Shown: piece after piece, positions 1-8,515 of the stretch
Position numbering within the stretch: position 1 is the stretch's first letter
How the letters are laid out: every line of letters starts with the position of its first letter
From: Clostridia bacterium
GTDB taxonomy: Bacteria; Bacillota; Clostridia; Oscillospirales; CAG-272
NCBI GenBank assembly: GCA_017456985.1
Contig: JAFTIH010000031.1
Span: forward strand, 64,421-128,420
DNA length: 64,000 nt
Direction: 5' to 3'
The notes under the pieces: generated by a model
Databases searched by the model: none
Told to the model about the DNA's origin: nothing
The model's input: the letters and a program-made list of their open reading frames with translations, nothing else
Position numbers and translations under genes: made by a program

Positions 1-1
1 G

Positions 2-766
2 TTTTCCGCGCTTGGCGGCGATGGGGGAGCAGGGGACTGCTCATATCCCGATATTCCCGAATTCACCACCAGAGAGCTGCTTCTTTTGGAAAAAGAGAGC
101 TCGGGAATGTATTTTTCGGGGCACCTTCTTGACGATTACAGCATCGATATCGCAAGCGGCAAAACAGACTCGCTCGGCGATATTACCGCGGACCTTGAGG
201 AAGGGGCGGAAAACCCCCGTTATCGGGAAGAGAGCCGCGTTTGCGTTTGCGGTATGATTACTGCGAAAACGGTAAAAAATACGAGGAGCGGTGCGCCGAT
301 GGCGTTTTTGACCTTGGAGGACCGCTATGCGGAAATTGAGGTCATCGTTTTCCCCAAGCAGCTTTCCGCCTATACCGATCTGCTTTTAACGGACACGGCG
401 GTCCGTTTAACGGGGAGCCTCACGGTGCGCGAGGACGAGGGCGTCAAGCTTATTCTCTCCTCTGCCGAGCTTTTGAAAAGCAACGCACAAATGCGCACTT
501 CCACGGCAGAACCGACGGAAAAGAAGACTGCCGCTGCCTCGGCGTGCCTTTATTTGCGCGTGAGTGCTTTAGATTCCCCCGTAACGAAGGAGGCACTTGC
601 GATCCTTCGCTTCTCAAAGGGCGACGTTCCCGTGCTTTTGTACGAAAGCACGAGCGGGAAAAAGGTCAGCCCCAAAAACGTAAAAATCGCGCCGAGCGAT
701 CGGCTTCTCGGCGCTCTTCGCGCGCTTCTTGGTGAGGAAAACGTTGTTTTCCGTCAGGGAACGTAA
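2..766 (+). CDS. dnaE: DNA polymerase III alpha subunit (DnaE-type), C-terminal fragment; the 5' end lies outside the window
   Basis: The frame of the 86..766 ORF stays open back to nt 2 (..PEFTTRELLLLEKESSGMYFSGHLLDDY..). It is followed by an OB-fold-like block, GMITAKTVKNTRSGAPMAFLTLEDRYAEIEVIVFPKQ, typical of DnaE C-termini. Confidence 0.8.
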   Translation, partial: FSALGGDGGAGDCSYPDIPEFTTRELLLLEKESSGMYFSGHLLDDYSIDIASGKTDSLGDITADLEEGAENPRYREESRVCVCGMITAKTVKNTRSGAPMAFLTLEDRYAEIEVIVFPKQLSAYTDLLLTDTAVRLTGSLTVREDEGVKLILSSAELLKSNAQMRTSTAEPTEKKTAAASACLYLRVSALDSPVTKEALAILRFSKGDVPVLLYESTSGKKVSPKNVKIAPSDRLLGALRALLGEENVVFRQGT

Positions 767-798
767 AATAAACATTTGTAAAAGGAGAACGTAATATT

Positions 799-1512
799 AT
801 GAGTCCCGAACTGATCACTATACTCTTGAACGTTGCCATGGTCGTGGCGATCCTGCTTCCCGCGCTTCGCGGGTACGGACGAGGCTTTGTCAAGATGACG
901 TTACATCTGTTCCGTTTCGTGATCGCCTTTGTTCTTTCGTCCATATTCGCCAAGCCTCTTGGCATCCTTTTGAAGGATAAATGGCTGGGTGATAAGTTTT
1001 ATAATACCATCTACGAGGCACTGCATTCCTCGGTCGAGCAGATCACGGGCGGTGAATCCATGGTAAACGCGCTCCCTGCAGGTATTCGCGCCATCTTGGA
1101 AACGTTTGGCGTTGACGTGGGAGCCGAGGCGGAGAGCGCCGTTGCGAGCGGGGAAGCGATGATCGAAACCTTTTCCGCAAGCATTGCCGACAAGCTTTCC
1201 AGCTTCGTGGGTGTGGCGATCGCCTTCATTGGTTTGTTCTTGATCTCGCTTCTCGTGCTTTCGCTTTTCTCGGGTCTTCTTTCTGCTCTCGTAGAAAAGC
1301 TTCCCCTGATCGGAACCGTCAATAAGCTTCTCGGCTTCGCCTTCGGCGCTCTGATCGGTGTGATCGTTGCTTGGCTTTTGGCACAGCTCATCGTTACGCT
1401 TCTCGTGACCTTTACCGAGGTGGACTATTCGGGCGCTGTGCTTCTCAACTTCTTCCACGACATCAGCCCCATTCGTTGGCTCTTGCAGCTCTTATCGGGA
1501 GTATGCACTTAA
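799..1512 (+). CDS. cvpA: CvpA-family integral membrane protein
   Basis: The N-terminus LITILLNVAMVVAILLPALRGYGRGFVKMTLHLFRFVIAFVLSSIFAKPLG resembles the CvpA (colicin V production) signature. The protein has several TM helices and an RBS AAAGGAG upstream. Confidence 0.65.
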   Translation: MSPELITILLNVAMVVAILLPALRGYGRGFVKMTLHLFRFVIAFVLSSIFAKPLGILLKDKWLGDKFYNTIYEALHSSVEQITGGESMVNALPAGIRAILETFGVDVGAEAESAVASGEAMIETFSASIADKLSSFVGVAIAFIGLFLISLLVLSLFSGLLSALVEKLPLIGTVNKLLGFAFGALIGVIVAWLLAQLIVTLLVTFTEVDYSGAVLLNFFHDISPIRWLLQLLSGVCT

Positions 1513-1520
1513 ACATCGGA

Positions 1521-1548
1521 TAATTTTTCGTCATTTTTCGTAATTTCG
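1521..1548 (+). promoter_or_regulatory. Phased 10-bp direct repeats (TAATTTTTCG / TCATTTTTCG / TAATTT-CG) just upstream of the clpC-like gene; candidate operator
   Basis: Read directly from the sequence: taatttttcg tcatttttcg taatttcg. It can also be read as CGTCATT-TTT-CGTAATT, a 7-3-7 direct-repeat layout. Confidence 0.3.
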
Positions 1549-1563
1549 CAAAGGTAATTTTTT

Positions 1564-3873
1564 ATGGATAACAGAGTAAGAATGTGTAGCCGCTGTCACA
1601 AGCGGATCGCGGTCGTGTTTATGACACGGATCGAAAACGGCGAGACCAAGCAAGAAGGGCTTTGCCTTGTTTGCGCGAAGGGTCTCGGCATCAAGCCCGT
1701 CGACGATATGCTTGAAAAAATGGGAATTTCCGAAGAGGATATCGACCGTATGTCGGGCGATATCGAGAATATGCTCGACAGTATGCTCCCCGATAACGTC
1801 GGGGACGAAACGGAGGACGGCGGCGCTCCTGCCATCAATTTACCCTCGTTTTTTCAAAATATGGGTTTCCCTATGCCGAACGTCGAGAGAAGAAAAGGCG
1901 GCGCCAAGGGACAAAAGAAGGGTGCCGAGCAGGAGAAAAAGTATAAGTTCCTCGATACCTATTGCCGCAATCTCACCGAGCGCGCCCGCGAAGGAAAACT
2001 CGACGCGATCGTAGGACGGGAGCGCGAATTGGATCGCGTGATCCAGATCCTTTGTCGCAGACAAAAGAACAACCCCTGCCTGATCGGTGAGCCGGGTGTA
2101 GGTAAGACGGCGATCGCCGAGGCGCTTGCCCAGCGGATCGTCAAGGGCGACGTGCCGTATCGCCTGCGCGGTGCGCAGATCTATCTCGTCGATCTGACCG
2201 CCATCGTTGCGGGGACGCAGTTCCGCGGTCAGTTTGAGTCGAGAATTCTCGGACTGATCAACGATGTCAAGGCGGCGGGAAACGTGATCCTCGTGATCGA
2301 CGAGGTGCACAACATCGTCGGCGCGGGCGACGCCGAGGGCAGTATGAACGCGGCGAACATCTTAAAGCCCGCCCTGTCCCGCGGTGAAATTCAGGTGATC
2401 GGTGCCACCACGCTCCAAGAATACCGCAAATATATTGAAAAGGATTCCGCGCTTGAACGCCGCTTCCAGCCCGTCACGGTGGAGGAGCCCTCGGTAGCGG
2501 ATACGATCCGCATTTTGGAGGGGATCAAGCACTACTACGAAATTTATCACGCCGTCCGCATTCCCACGGAGGTCGTGCGTACCGCCGCGATCCTTTCGGA
2601 GCGGTATATTACCGATCGGTTTTTACCCGATAAAGCCATCGACCTTCTCGACGAGGCGGCGGCACACGTTTCGCTGTCCTCGGCAGACCTGAATGAGCGC
2701 CGTGCTCTCGTAGATGATATGAAGGCGCTCGCCGCCGAGAAGGAGCGCGTGGAAGGAAAGCTTGCCGAGAGCGAAGCCGAGGCGCAAGAAGGACTTTATA
2801 AGGCGCTTGCCGACATCAAGGCACGCGAGCTTCAGCTTTCCGAGCGCAGAGGCGTTTTGGATGCCCGCTGTGAGCAGATTGCCTTGACGCCTACCGATAT
2901 TGCCGACGTTATCGAGATCTGGACGGGTATCCCCGCCTCGAGCATCGGCGTGGACGAATACGAGCGCCTTGCGGGACTGCGTGCGCGCATCCTCTCGCGG
3001 ATCGTGGGACAGGATGAGGCGGTAGATGCCGCCGTTCGTGCCATCAAGCGCAAGCGCGCGGGTGTTTCCTATCACCGCGCCCCCGTGTCCTTCATTTTCG
3101 CGGGACCTACGGGTGTCGGAAAAACGGAGCTCGTCAAGGTGATTGCCGAGGATCTGTTCGAGCAACCCGACAGCCTGATCCGTTTAGATATGTCCGAATA
3201 TATGGAAAAGCACGCGGTGTCGCGCATCATCGGCGCCCCTCCCGGCTACGTCGGCTTTGACGAGGCGGGACAGCTGACCGAAAAGATCCGCCGTCGCCCG
3301 TACAGTGTGGTGCTTTTTGACGAGATCGAAAAGGCGCATCCCGACGTTCTCAACATTCTTTTACAGATCCTTGACGACGGTACCGTGACCGATGCGCACG
3401 GCAAAAAGGTAAACTTTGAAAACACCGTCATCGTGATGACGACCAACGCGGGCTCGGAAAGCGCCTCTGCCATCAGCGGCTTTTCCGTCCGTCCCGACGA
3501 GGGCGCCAAGGATAAGACGGAGCGCGCGCTTTCGCAGTTCTTGCGCCCCGAATTCCTCAACCGTGTGGATGCGGTCATCACCTTCCGCCATCTTTCGCGC
3601 GAGGACTTCGTCAAGATCGCGGAAATTCAGCTTGGAAAGATGAAGACGGCGCTTGCAGAGCGCGGGATCACGCTTTCCTATACGCCCGAGGTGCTCGGCG
3701 TTGTTGCCCAAGCATCCTATTCCGAAAAATACGGTGCCAGAAATATGCGCCGCTATATCCAAAAGGAGATCGAGGATCCCCTTGCCGAGCAGATGATCGA
3801 GCATCACAAGGACACCGTGACGGAGGTTTCGCTCTTCGTACAGGACGGTGCGCTTGCGATCGTTTGCCGATAA
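1564..3873 (+). CDS. clpC: Two-ring Clp/Hsp100 AAA+ ATPase (ClpC-like) with an N-terminal four-Cys zinc ribbon in place of the Clp_N repeats
   Basis: There are two Walker A motifs (GEPGVGKTA, GPTGVGKTE), a coiled-coil middle region and the conserved PPGYVGFDEAGQLTE block. The N-terminus reads CSRCHK..x20..CLVCAKG. Confidence 0.85.
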   Translation: MDNRVRMCSRCHKRIAVVFMTRIENGETKQEGLCLVCAKGLGIKPVDDMLEKMGISEEDIDRMSGDIENMLDSMLPDNVGDETEDGGAPAINLPSFFQNMGFPMPNVERRKGGAKGQKKGAEQEKKYKFLDTYCRNLTERAREGKLDAIVGRERELDRVIQILCRRQKNNPCLIGEPGVGKTAIAEALAQRIVKGDVPYRLRGAQIYLVDLTAIVAGTQFRGQFESRILGLINDVKAAGNVILVIDEVHNIVGAGDAEGSMNAANILKPALSRGEIQVIGATTLQEYRKYIEKDSALERRFQPVTVEEPSVADTIRILEGIKHYYEIYHAVRIPTEVVRTAAILSERYITDRFLPDKAIDLLDEAAAHVSLSSADLNERRALVDDMKALAAEKERVEGKLAESEAEAQEGLYKALADIKARELQLSERRGVLDARCEQIALTPTDIADVIEIWTGIPASSIGVDEYERLAGLRARILSRIVGQDEAVDAAVRAIKRKRAGVSYHRAPVSFIFAGPTGVGKTELVKVIAEDLFEQPDSLIRLDMSEYMEKHAVSRIIGAPPGYVGFDEAGQLTEKIRRRPYSVVLFDEIEKAHPDVLNILLQILDDGTVTDAHGKKVNFENTVIVMTTNAGSESASAISGFSVRPDEGAKDKTERALSQFLRPEFLNRVDAVITFRHLSREDFVKIAEIQLGKMKTALAERGITLSYTPEVLGVVAQASYSEKYGARNMRRYIQKEIEDPLAEQMIEHHKDTVTEVSLFVQDGALAIVCR

Positions 3874-3892
3874 AAGATGACTTGCAGTTTGA

Positions 3893-6472
3893 TTGATACA
3901 AGAAAAGGAGGTGCGTGCCGTGCATAAAAAATATGCCGAACAAAATACGGCACGAATGGAGAAGATCCTGAAAAGCTCCGCGCAAACGGGACTTACCGAG
4001 CAAGAAGCACAGCGCCGTCTTCAAAAAGACGGAAAAAACGCCGTTCTTGCGCCCTCTAAAAATGCCGTTGCATCGACCCTTGGCGGTGTATTAAAAAACG
4101 GAACGTTGCCGTTTTTCGCGCTCATCCTGCTTCTTTGTGCTTCCGCCTTGGGAAAAGACATCCTTTTGCCGCTCGGCATTTATCTGTTTTTCCTCGTCGC
4201 CTTCCTGCTTCTTTCGCACAGAAGACGGCAGTGGAGCCTTGCGCATCAGCGCGCGACACTGCCCTTGGTCAAGGTCTTACGCGAGGGAAAGCATCTGCAC
4301 CTTTCTCCCGAGGACCTCGCGGTGGGTGATCTTTTGGAGCTTGCCGCGGGTGACGTTCTTTATACCTACGCGCATATCCTTTCCGACGAGCCGATCACGG
4401 CGTTTTGCAAGAGAGAGGGGAAGGGGGAGCTCTTTTTAAAGCACGGTGGCGATTGCTTCGATGAAACGGACGAGCCCTTTAATTCCTTGCGCCCGGGTGA
4501 CGTCGTGCGCGAGGGGAGGGCGCGCGCCTTCGTGTATGCTCTTACCCCCACACCCGTTTCCCTCGAAAAGCCGCAGGCGCAAACGGTGGATAACCACGGA
4601 AAAATGTGCAGTCTTGCTTCCCGCATTTGCTTCGTTTTCGTCTTTTTGATGCTGGCTGTCGCCTTCCTGCGCGCCTGCCTTTCCTCGGATACTACCCTCC
4701 TTTGCGACACGCTTTTGCTGTCGGGATCCCTTCTTGCTACGGCAAGCGTAGTTTTTCACCCCGTGCTGTTTGACTTGCTCTTTTTTATACGGAATAAAAA
4801 GAACAAAGCGGAGCACGGCGGCTCCTTTGCCTCCGTTGCCGATGCGGAGCTTTTGACTGAGGCAGACAGCTTCGTGCTTTCCTCTCGTTCGATGTTCCGC
4901 TCTGCGCAATACGTTACGAAGCATTTTGAAACGGCAAGCGGCAAACGGATTTCCGATCAAAAGAGAACGACGGTCGAGCTTTCGCTCATTGCCGACGCAC
5001 TTTGTGCGACCGAGAAAAAATGCGAGCTTTCCTTGCGCGAGCAAGCACTTTACGGCTTCAGCGTAACGCGCACGACGGTTCGCTCTCTTACCCTTTACGC
5101 AAAAGCGACGACGGATGACTACACGCACGCCTCCTTCCACGGTACGGCTGACGGAAAGCCTGTTTCTCTCGTTTGGGGGAAGGCGGATGCGCTGATCTCA
5201 GAGCTCAGTTATTTCTCGGAGGACGGAAAAACAAGGCTTCTTGACGCAGGCTCCAAGCGCGATATGTTAGAGGGCGTCGAGCGGCTTTCGACCCACGGAT
5301 ACAGCGTTCTTGCGTTTGCGGAAACGCAGGTCAGAAATACGCCCGGCGGCATCGTGGCATCCTTTCCCGATTTGAAGCTCCTCGGCTTTTTTGCCCTTCG
5401 TAAGGCGTCGGACGAGCAGGCGGAGCGCACCCTTCTTTCCTTGAAGGAAGAGGGAAAAAAGGTCTTCTTTATTCACGACGGCGAGAGTGCGGATTGGCTC
5501 CGCCAGGAGATCCGTCTTCTTTCCGGCGTTCCCGTTTTGGACGGTAGAGCGGAATCCTTCCGCGACGAGCTTGGCTGTTTCGTATCGGACGAGGAGCTTT
5601 CCTTTGCGATCGGAACGCATCTGACCTCGTTACAGCGCGCGCAGGTCGTTCAGGCGCTTGAGGGTCGCGGATATCGCGTTGTCGCTTATGGAGAGAGCTT
5701 TGAAGATCACCGTATGATGTGCGCGGCAACTGCAGCGATGGCACCGCTCAAAAAGAAAGAGAACGCCGCGCCCATCGTTATGCGCAAGGCGTCGTTACAC
5801 TGTGAGGAGCATATTTCCGCCCAAGTGGATTCTGTGCAAAGCGCGTCCAAAATGCTTGGTGGCTTTGGCGTCTTAACGGCGTTCCTTTGTGCTTCCTTGC
5901 TCGGCAGAAGCGTGCTGGCGTTCCTCGGCGTATGCTTCGGGGTCGGCCTTCTTCCCGTCGCGTATTATATGATAGCGGGAATCGTGTTCGATCTTTTGGC
6001 GTTTTGGTGCTATGCCAATTCCTCACCCAAGGAGAATTACGGCGGTTGGAAAACGCTTTTACACGAAAATATCGAGAACGCCAGCCTGTTCGTGGGCTTG
6101 GTGTTCGGCTCCCTCGTTACGGGAATCCTTGCCGTAGTGATGCAAATGAACGCTTCGCACTTTGCCTTTGACTTGGAAGCATTCGTGCTTTTCAGCCTGC
6201 TTTTACTGATGAACGTCGGAATGTGGCGCTTTTCCTCCGCCCGTCATTCGGCAAGCACGCTGTTGTTCCCGTTCGTTTCCGTTTCGCTTTTGTCCCTTGC
6301 CTTCCTTGCTCACCTGTGGAGCGGGGGCGTGTTTGGATTTTCCATGCGGCCCGAGATGTTTTTCTGGGCGCTCTTTCCTACCGCCGCTCTGCTCGCGACG
6401 GGAATTGGTACACAAGCATATTTAAACTATAAAAATAAAGACCATCAAAGTGATGAAAAGGAGAAGTTATGA
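3893..6472 (+). CDS. P-type ATPase homologue with degenerate catalytic motifs (probable pseudo-enzyme); likely true start is GTG 3920, behind AGGAGG at 3906-3911
   Basis: It has a cation-ATPase N-terminus (GLTEQEAQRRLQKDGKNAV), an A-domain-like LAVGDLLELAAGDVLYTYAHIL and about 10 TM segments. No DKTGT is present (the aligned position reads SFVLSSRSMF). There is no TGES, and GDGxND is replaced by GESFED. Confidence 0.6.
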   Translation: MIQEKEVRAVHKKYAEQNTARMEKILKSSAQTGLTEQEAQRRLQKDGKNAVLAPSKNAVASTLGGVLKNGTLPFFALILLLCASALGKDILLPLGIYLFFLVAFLLLSHRRRQWSLAHQRATLPLVKVLREGKHLHLSPEDLAVGDLLELAAGDVLYTYAHILSDEPITAFCKREGKGELFLKHGGDCFDETDEPFNSLRPGDVVREGRARAFVYALTPTPVSLEKPQAQTVDNHGKMCSLASRICFVFVFLMLAVAFLRACLSSDTTLLCDTLLLSGSLLATASVVFHPVLFDLLFFIRNKKNKAEHGGSFASVADAELLTEADSFVLSSRSMFRSAQYVTKHFETASGKRISDQKRTTVELSLIADALCATEKKCELSLREQALYGFSVTRTTVRSLTLYAKATTDDYTHASFHGTADGKPVSLVWGKADALISELSYFSEDGKTRLLDAGSKRDMLEGVERLSTHGYSVLAFAETQVRNTPGGIVASFPDLKLLGFFALRKASDEQAERTLLSLKEEGKKVFFIHDGESADWLRQEIRLLSGVPVLDGRAESFRDELGCFVSDEELSFAIGTHLTSLQRAQVVQALEGRGYRVVAYGESFEDHRMMCAATAAMAPLKKKENAAPIVMRKASLHCEEHISAQVDSVQSASKMLGGFGVLTAFLCASLLGRSVLAFLGVCFGVGLLPVAYYMIAGIVFDLLAFWCYANSSPKENYGGWKTLLHENIENASLFVGLVFGSLVTGILAVVMQMNASHFAFDLEAFVLFSLLLLMNVGMWRFSSARHSASTLLFPFVSVSLLSLAFLAHLWSGGVFGFSMRPEMFFWALFPTAALLATGIGTQAYLNYKNKDHQSDEKEKL

Positions 6473-7308
6473 GCGAATGTAATCATGATTGTAGCACTTG
6501 CAAGAGCAAGTGCGGGGAAGCGGGAGCTGCCGCAAACCCCTTCTACGTTGCCCCCAACGCCCTCAGTAGCGTCAAGCACGTGATCGGTGTCGTCAGCGGA
6601 AAGGGCGGCGTCGGTAAGTCCATCGTTACCTCGATGCTTGCGGTTGCAATGCAAAGAGCAGGGTACAAGTGTGCCATTTTGGATGCGGATATTACGGGTC
6701 CCTCCATTCCGCGCGCCTTTGGTCTGCGCGACGTGGAGATCACGGGCACCGAGGACGGTATGATTCCCCCCACCTCCAAAACGGGCATTGAAATTATGTC
6801 CTTGAACCTTCTCGTGGATGACGAGGCGAAGCCCGTCGTTTGGCGCGGTCCCGTGATCGCGGGAACGGTCAAGCAGTTCTGGAGCGACGTCATCTGGAAC
6901 GACGTGGACTATATGTTCGTGGATATGCCTCCCGGAACGGGTGACGTTCCCCTGACCGTTTTTCAGTCCCTGCCCCTTGACGGCATCGTGATCGTCGGAA
7001 GCCCGCAGGAGCTCGTTTCGATGATCGTGGAAAAGGCGGTCAATATGGCTAAGCTGATGAACGTCCGCATCCTCGGTCTTGTCGAGAATATGAGCTATTT
7101 TGTTTGCCCCGATTGCGGAAAGAAGATCTCCGTTTACGGCGAAAGCGGCATCGACCGTCTTGCCGAGGAGCACCAGCTTCCCGTGATCGAAAAGATCCCG
7201 ATCGATCCCCGCCTTGCCCATATGTGCGATACGGGTACCATCGAGCTGATGCAGGACACCTATATGCAAAACGCTGTGAAAGCCCTTTGTGAGCTTGAAG
7301 GCAAATAA
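6469..7308 (+). CDS. mrp: Mrp/NBP35 (ApbC) family Fe-S cluster carrier ATPase
   Basis: It has the deviant Walker A VVSGKGGVGKS, a CPDCG motif and an N-terminal Cys cluster CNHDCSTCKSKC. An ATGA start/stop overlap links it to the upstream gene. Confidence 0.85.
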   Translation: MSECNHDCSTCKSKCGEAGAAANPFYVAPNALSSVKHVIGVVSGKGGVGKSIVTSMLAVAMQRAGYKCAILDADITGPSIPRAFGLRDVEITGTEDGMIPPTSKTGIEIMSLNLLVDDEAKPVVWRGPVIAGTVKQFWSDVIWNDVDYMFVDMPPGTGDVPLTVFQSLPLDGIVIVGSPQELVSMIVEKAVNMAKLMNVRILGLVENMSYFVCPDCGKKISVYGESGIDRLAEEHQLPVIEKIPIDPRLAHMCDTGTIELMQDTYMQNAVKALCELEGK

Positions 7309-7315
7309 AAAAGAA

Positions 7316-7342
7316 GCGCCCCTCGTCGATGACGAGGGGCGC
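7316..7342. terminator. Bidirectional rho-independent terminator between convergent genes
   Basis: A 12-bp GC-rich stem (gcgcccctcgtc gat gacgaggggcgc) is flanked by an A-run upstream and a T-rich tract downstream. Confidence 0.75.
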
Positions 7343-7358
7343 TTGCGTTTGGTTTGTT

Positions 7359-8309
7359 TTATTGGATATATCGCTCCGTGATATCGAGAAGCCCCTCAAA
7401 GTGGGGAAGCACACAATCCTTGTTTTCAAAGATTTCGGATTGATATACGAATTTTAGATCGAAATTTTTGTCGAGCTGCTCAATGTTAAAATAGACAGCA
7501 TTCTCATGGTTTTCAATTAATCCACTAACGACCGTAATTCGTCGGAAAAATTCAACGTCGACCAAAACGGCCTCGATTTGTCCGACAAAAGAAGGAAGCG
7601 GGGTGCTTTCTATCAAGGAGCGCTTAATTTCGTAAAGCTCCTTTTGTGTTCCAAGGGTATCTTTTCTTGTTCTTAAAGCAAAGAAAAAGAGACCAAAGAT
7701 TGTTGGAAGCTCCAAAAAACACAAAAGCGAAAAATACGTCCAATCCCGATTGGTAAAGTCAGAAAATTCCTTGGATTCTCCTATAAAAGATACGGCTATA
7801 ATGATCCAAAGAAAAGCGAGTGCGATCATGCAAAAGATTAAAATAAGGTTTTTGTTCAGGGTATTCTTGCGCTCGTTTGCCTTGGCTAGAGTGTCTTCCG
7901 TAACGGGACGGGGAGAAAAGGGAAGCTGTTGCTTGATATAGGCGCTGATCTGATAAGGATTCTTTAATCCCATAATATTGTATTTCTTGTCATTGAAAAC
8001 AATGTACAAGGCGTCTACCTGTGCCATCGTGAAGACTACGTCCGAAAGATTCTTCTCGATTTGCCTGAAAAAGCCAAATCTGCCGATGATCTTACCGTTT
8101 TGCACTGTCAAAAACGCTTTAAAATTGTAGAGAAGCGGAATGACACCAAAAGCGCAAATAATTGCAAGCACGGTATATAGAACAGCGATGTCAGCGTCAC
8201 CGAGCTTTCCTTGGGTGAACATATAGAGAAACAATACGGCAAACAAACAAGTTAAAATAAAGAAAACAAAGAATAAGATGTAATGTGTCTTTTTGAAAAC
8301 TGCGGCCAA
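7359..8309 (-). CDS. Hypothetical 4-TM membrane protein (two TM hairpins, each followed by a soluble domain; the first resembles a bacterial PH-like domain); TTG start
   Basis: This is the only long ORF in a strongly AT-rich stretch. RBS TAGGAGGA lies 8 nt upstream of the TTG. Hydrophobic pairs are HYILFFVFFILTCLFAVLFLYMF/IAVLYTVLAIICAFGVIPLLY and LILIFCMIALAFLWIIIAVSFIG/WTYFSLLCFLELPTIFGLFFFAL. Confidence 0.6.
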   Translation of the reverse strand: MAAVFKKTHYILFFVFFILTCLFAVLFLYMFTQGKLGDADIAVLYTVLAIICAFGVIPLLYNFKAFLTVQNGKIIGRFGFFRQIEKNLSDVVFTMAQVDALYIVFNDKKYNIMGLKNPYQISAYIKQQLPFSPRPVTEDTLAKANERKNTLNKNLILIFCMIALAFLWIIIAVSFIGESKEFSDFTNRDWTYFSLLCFLELPTIFGLFFFALRTRKDTLGTQKELYEIKRSLIESTPLPSFVGQIEAVLVDVEFFRRITVVSGLIENHENAVYFNIEQLDKNFDLKFVYQSEIFENKDCVLPHFEGLLDITERYIQ

Positions 8310-8345
8310 TCTATTTTCCTCCTAACGGCAACTTGACTTTATTTC

Positions 8346-8374
8346 ATTATAGCATAACCAATTTAAAAAGTAAA
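8346..8374 (-). promoter_or_regulatory. Putative sigma-A promoter for the 7359..8309 gene (TTTACT-17-TGcTATAAT)
   Basis: The reverse complement reads tttact ttttaaattggttatgc tataat, with an extended -10 TG. Confidence 0.45.
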
Positions 8375-8388
8375 GAGGTTGTATGTAT

Positions 8389-8413
8389 ATGAAAGCTACA
8401 GGAATTGTCAGAA
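8389..8413 (+). repeat. Left copy of a perfect 25-bp direct repeat, atgaaagctacaggaattgtcagaa
   Basis: Checked base by base against 13012..13036. Confidence 0.9.
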
Positions 8414-8436
8414 AAAACACAGGGGGACAATTTTGA
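8389..8436 (+). pseudogene. 15-codon stub identical to the 5' end of spoVT (MKATGIVR then KNTGGQF-stop)
   Basis: The first 25 nt are identical to 13012..13036, the start of the intact spoVT. Similarity ends abruptly after codon 8. Confidence 0.55.
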
Positions 8437-8476
8437 GAAAAATTTGACAAAAACCAGTATTTTTTCCTATACATAG

Positions 8477-8502
8477 AAAAAGCGAGGTGAAATTCACCTC
8501 GC
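8477..8502 (-). terminator. Rho-independent terminator of the minus-strand AraC-to-ASRT operon
   Basis: The stem is gcgaggtga aat tcacctcgc. On the minus strand it is followed by TTTTT, 14 nt after the stop of the 8516..8884 gene. Confidence 0.7.
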
Positions 8503-8515
8503 TTTATTATAAAAT

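Noticed and set aside
12-257. 81-aa ORF at the left edge, and other 60-120-aa ORFs nested in or opposite to annotated genes throughout the track.
   Set aside because: They overlap stronger, homology-supported frames (here dnaE). They lack RBSs and have biased Arg/Ser/Pro composition typical of off-frame translation.
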